DNA of 64,000 nucleotides from Eledone cirrhosa (Eukaryota): contig OZ024743.1 in the NCBI GenBank assembly GCA_964016885.1, positions 305,288,001 to 305,352,000 on the forward strand, in the 5' to 3' direction. The translations under genes and the position numbers were made by a program. Under the pieces are notes generated by a model. That model had not been told where the DNA came from. It did not search any database and saw only the letters and a list, made by a program, of their open reading frames with translations. This document shows, one piece after another, positions 61,701 through 64,000 of this stretch; within the stretch, counting starts at the first letter, position 1; each line of letters opens with the position of its first letter.

Positions 61701-63610
61701 GGGGTTAGATTTCTTCACCATCACCATCATTAGTTTCATGTCTGTATTTCTATACTGGAATGGATTATGACTATTTTCCATGCTGAGTAGTACATGCATT
61801 TTATTGTAGCACCAGCACTACCCTTTCATTTCATTTCACCATCATTTCATTTTACGTTCGCTTTTCCCTGCTTGCAAGAGTGGGACGGGAACTGATTCTG
61901 GCTTGATTTCTACAGCTGGATGCCCTTCCTAACACCAACCTCATTTACAGTGAGTGCTGGGTGCTTTATTGCCATGGCACCTACACGACCACTTTACAGT
62001 GGAATGATAGGGACCCCAGTCCCTATCTTCTCATTTATACAGCTGAGTAAACTGTAACAATGTGAAATAAAGTGTCTTGCACAAAGAAACAACACATCAC
62101 CTGATCTGAGAATTGAACTCACAACCTTTCGATTGCAAGGCCAATGCTCTAACCACTAAGCCATGTGCTTCCATGTGCCTCATAGTATATTGGGTGTGTT
62201 TTATTGTAGCACCAACACTATAGATGTTGTGAAGTCCTCAACAGGACCAAACGGTCCTCTATATCCTATGTAGTCTTGATCTGATTGTCCTTAACTTTAC
62301 AGGGAATACTGAGTGTATTTTATTGTGACAGCAACACTAGGCTAAAAGGGACATTTCTGCCCTATTCAGTCACCAATTTCTCATAAATCAACCTTTTGCT
62401 TAGCAGTGCTAGTACAGATGATGGGTCCTTCTAATACATCAAGTTGCCAGTCAATATGATCGAGTATCATCACCTTCATGGGGTTCAGTTTCTTGAAGTC
62501 ATTTTTCATTACTTAATTTCTTGTCTTCGTTGGTCTCCCTCTTCCATGTGTTTCATCTGCTACAAATACTTGTGACTTTTTTTATATAGTTCTCACTCAC
62601 CTTACTCATCACATATCCATACCAACATAATGTTCTCTTTTACATACTACATCCGACTCTTCTTATCAGTATTTTGAAATATGGGAGTTTGAAGAATACT
62701 GAGTGCATAGTTATCTAATACTTGTGATAGTGGACAGGTTATCTAATATGGTTGAATACAATGAAACAATCAAAAATGATATTATGCTCATAGTTGTTGG
62801 TAGTTATATGAAAGATACATTGATAAACTACTCAAGATACGATAGACACAAACCTGTGATATAGTGGAATTTCATTATATCATTTGTTTTTGTGCCACCC
62901 TGTATATACACACAAATATCAAGTTGTTAAGTATATGATAATAAGTGTCTCTGTCAGTTTTCAACTATGAGCATTTTGGTTGTTTAATCAATAGAATAGC
63001 CCACTTGTGAAATTAACATGCAAGTGGCTAAGCATTCCACAAATATGTATACCTTTAATGTAATTCTCATGGGGATACAGTGTGACACAGTGTGTGATAA
63101 GGCTTGTAGTCTGAATGATAAATACAATCCATCTGATGGGCTTCTAAACAGTATCTGTCCATCCAGTTTCCCTGGTAACTTGTTGGTGATTCAACTTGAT
63201 GTGTTCACAATTAAGAATATGCAACACTATCAAAGCAGCTGATATTCATATATATTAATAATTCCATAAGAAAAAACTATTATACCCAGCATAATTAAAA
63301 TATATTTCTGCTAGTTGTACAAATTAACAAAGCTTGTGGATATATTGAGAATGAAGCATTCTGTGATGAAAGATTGAAAAGAAATGTGCTTTAGAATACA
63401 GTTTGGTTACCAAAAGTGTTGACTTGGTGAGTAATTCCTCCTTTATAATTGAATTTATTTCTTAACTCAAACATTTTATATTAATTGCAGACTGGAATAT
63501 TAGCTGTAATTTTAATAGAGACAGTTGTGGTTATGATTTTGCAAAGGATTATTATCGGAGAGGCTGGAGCATTAAGAGGATTTCAGGACTAATTGACAGG
63601 AAAACTGGGG
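28070..63610 (+). CDS. Secreted or cell-surface SRCR + MAM domain protein (copy R), 3'-incomplete; exons 28070-28163, 32337-32457, 34881-35038, 36678-36824, 50768-51008, 61005-61099, 63491-63610
   Basis: Seven GT-AG exons join in frame (intron phases 1,2,1,1,2,1,1) without stops. The ~325 aa give signal peptide, six-cysteine SRCR, one complete MAM domain and the start of a second. Confidence 0.92.
28955..30850 (+). mobile_element. Degraded RTE (BovB-like) LINE fragment in intron
   Basis: [24 protein letters not shown] (~29310), [16 protein letters not shown] (~29480), GLKQG, FADD-like (~29925) and [16 protein letters not shown] (~30765); multiple disablements. Confidence 0.85.
31643..32130. 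repeat. 31-bp minisatellite, reverse-complement array, about 16 units
   Basis: GTACTACAGATAAAATGGTGTATTAATG repeats. Confidence 0.93.
32337..32457 (+). CDS. Copy R exon 2: SRCR N-terminal half
   Basis: [41 protein letters not shown] (the tail of ORF 32171..32461); ttttag acceptor, gtaagt donor. Confidence 0.92.
33555..34190 (-). mobile_element. Degraded mariner transposase fragment (mirror of 8400..9040)
   Basis: ORF 33952..34143 [12 protein letters not shown]...YLEVLK; TIR-like TATGAAGTTTGTTCAATAAGTAATGAGAA at ~33555. Confidence 0.8.
34881..35038 (+). CDS. Copy R exon 3: SRCR C-terminal half
   Basis: [52 protein letters not shown]. Confidence 0.92.
36678..36824 (+). CDS. Copy R exon 4: MAM domain 1, N-terminal part
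   Basis: [50 protein letters not shown]. Confidence 0.9.
39085..41745. repeat. 46-bp minisatellite, reverse-complement array, degenerating after ~41300
   Basis: CTAGGTACAGTATATATACCCTAGAGAACAGAGATGGTCTATATCT repeats. Confidence 0.97.
42410..42715. repeat. (TATG)n/(TG)n microsatellite
   Basis: Read directly; it explains the MYVC and HTYI ORFs. Confidence 0.95.
42716..43130 (+). mobile_element. 3' fragment of an RTE-type LINE with three C2H2-like fingers
   Basis: [41 protein letters not shown] and a third disrupted finger ([15 protein letters not shown]). Ends in CTTGAAATCGAG..GCAGCCCAC(ATGT)n, like the other RTE-type tails here; no splice sites or TGEKP linkers. Confidence 0.6.
43139..47060 (-). 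mobile_element. Near full-length degraded Dong/R4-clade LINE (RT + restriction-like endonuclease)
   Basis: Minus-strand motifs [85 protein letters not shown]; many stops and frameshifts. Confidence 0.88.
47188..47697 (+). mobile_element. Non-autonomous ~0.5-0.6 kb retroelement, copy 1 (RTE-derived, inferred)
   Basis: Shares GCTACTGGTAACATGTAACCCAGTACAACC..GGTCGGGTCGTCGGCGACTAAACCGGCAACCC and AGAGAGTGGGATTGG with 49118 and 57408; ends GCCATC(ATGT)n. Confidence 0.75.
47719..49090 (-). mobile_element. Second, 5'-truncated Dong/R4 LINE copy
   Basis: Homologous to 43139..44530; [41 protein letters not shown]; (TATG)n on both flanks. Confidence 0.88.
49118..49686 (+). mobile_element. Non-autonomous retroelement, copy 2
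   Basis: Same 5' block as copy 1; 3' stem-loop CTCGATAACGAG then GCCATC(ATGT)n. Confidence 0.78.
50330..50520 (-). mobile_element. Diverged SINE (second family; similar copies ~51180..51370 -, ~51905..52100 -, 60570..60715 +)
   Basis: Shared GTCGATTA..TCGACCCCAGTAC..CTGGTACTTTATTTTATCGA body. Confidence 0.72.
50768..51008 (+). CDS. Copy R exon 5: MAM domain 1, central part
   Basis: GKYMLAAGG...[21 protein letters not shown]...[18 protein letters not shown] matches MAM LxFxYHMYG..G.L.V...G....W; within ORF 50659..51012; tttacag acceptor, gtaaga donor. Confidence 0.93.
53190..53430 (+). mobile_element. tRNA-derived SINE
   Basis: GGAGGCATGTAGCCTAGCAG A-box remnant and GGTTCGATTCC B-box. Confidence 0.72.
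54005..54260. repeat. Degenerate ~72-bp tandem repeat (GGCCCTAAGCTATAGCTTATTTAGCTT core), about 4 units
   Basis: The core recurs at ~54017, 54090, 54160 and 54233. Confidence 0.75.
54778..55104 (-). mobile_element. Full-length tRNA-SINE with RTE-derived 3' tail (second copy ~61845..62173 -)
   Basis: A-box TGGCTTAGTGG and B-box GAGTTCAATTCT. The tail GCAGGGAAAAGCGGA matches the RTE 3' end at 56688..56705. Confidence 0.85.
55122..55380 (+). mobile_element. tRNA-SINE, head-to-head with the preceding copy
   Basis: 55122..55264 is the reverse complement of 54962..55104; the two are separated by (TA)n. Confidence 0.85.
55412..56245 (-). mobile_element. RTE LINE 3' fragment
   Basis: ORF 55800..55988 [31 protein letters not shown], followed by a RPRKI motif; typical RTE C-terminus. 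Confidence 0.85.
56570..56720 (+). mobile_element. RTE LINE extreme 3' end
   Basis: [28 protein letters not shown]-like coding remnant, ending GGACGTAAAATGATGATGA. Confidence 0.75.
56721..57407. repeat. (CATA)n/(TA)n microsatellite
   Basis: Read directly from the sequence. Confidence 0.97.
57408..58017 (-). mobile_element. Non-autonomous retroelement, copy 3
   Basis: Reverse-complement homolog of 49118..49686; tail CTCGAAAACGAG..GCAGCCACCATGT; microsatellite on both flanks. Confidence 0.78.
58018..58780. repeat. (CATACATATATATA)-type compound microsatellite
   Basis: Read directly from the sequence. Confidence 0.97.
59901..60161. repeat. Near-perfect fold-back palindrome, ~128-bp arms, 4-nt loop
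   Basis: 59901..60027 is the reverse complement of 60032..60161 around ATTC. Confidence 0.95.
60570..60715 (+). mobile_element. tRNA-derived SINE (second family)
   Basis: TGGCAGAATCGG A-box, GAGTTCAAATCC B-box, GGGGTCGATAAAATAAAGTACCAG body. Confidence 0.8.
61005..61099 (+). CDS. Copy R exon 6: MAM domain 1, C-terminal part
   Basis: [31 protein letters not shown] matches the MAM FE..RG.....IAIDDI.....C signature; phases match both neighbours. Confidence 0.93.
61845..62173 (-). mobile_element. Full-length tRNA-SINE with RTE tail (homolog of 54778..55104)
   Basis: Colinear, highly similar direct repeat of 54778..55104. Confidence 0.85.
63491..63610 (+). CDS. Copy R exon 7: start of MAM domain 2
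   Basis: [40 protein letters not shown] shows CxF..CGY...W...D; ttgcag acceptor, gtaatt donor, phase 1-1. Confidence 0.85.
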
Positions 63611-63812
63611 GTAATTATTTTTGTTCTATTTCTTATTGTTTTACGGAGAAATAATTAAAAATGGTAATCAATAATTTCAAATAATATTAAAGGATAATGA
63701 GTTCTTATATTTACATACCTGTAACCAATCTTTGGCATGAAGCTGACAGGGCAACAGGACAAATATATATAAGTTAACAAAATTACAAGCACAGCATATA
63801 AATATGTCTTAG

Positions 63813-64000
63813 TTAGTACCCAAGGCAGGGAATTGGCTGGGATATCTTATTTAGTACCCAAGGCAGGGAATTGGCAGGGATATCATATTTAGTACCCAAG
63901 GCAGGGAATTGGCAGGGATATCTTATTTAGTACCCAAGGCAGGGAAGTGGCAGGGATATCTTATTTAGTACCCAAGGCAGGGAAGTGGCAGGGATATCTT
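63813..64000. repeat. 38-bp minisatellite (TAGTACCCAAGGCAGGGAATTGGCAGGGATATCTTATT)n; continues beyond the window end
   Basis: Starts at 63814, 63852, 63890 and onward. Confidence 0.95.

Overview
AT-rich eukaryotic (metazoan) genomic DNA. The SINE, RTE, Dong and microsatellite landscape resembles a coleoid cephalopod such as Octopus (inference). Almost all ORFs in the supplied track are spurious. The main structure is a giant inverted repeat: 1..17771 is the near-identical reverse complement of 24990..~41300. The ~7.2 kb spacer holds a Penelope-like retroelement (RT + GIY-YIG ORF 21314..23008 with an inverted pseudo-LTR), hammerhead-ribozyme motifs, (TA)n tracts and a 200-N assembly gap. Each arm carries the 5' part of the same spliced gene, which the ORF track misses, in head-to-head orientation. 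It encodes a signal peptide, a group-A SRCR domain and MAM domains. The + strand copy reads in frame through 7 coding exons (28070..63610) and runs off the right edge. The - strand copy (14847..5713) runs off the left edge. The two copies differ at 10 coding positions, 8 of them amino-acid-changing and 7 of those in the SRCR domain. Whether the palindrome is real or two haplotypes scaffolded across the gap cannot be decided from sequence alone. Introns are filled with minisatellites, RTE and Dong/R4 LINE relics, tRNA-SINEs, a mariner relic and several local fold-back duplications. All comparisons were made by eye.
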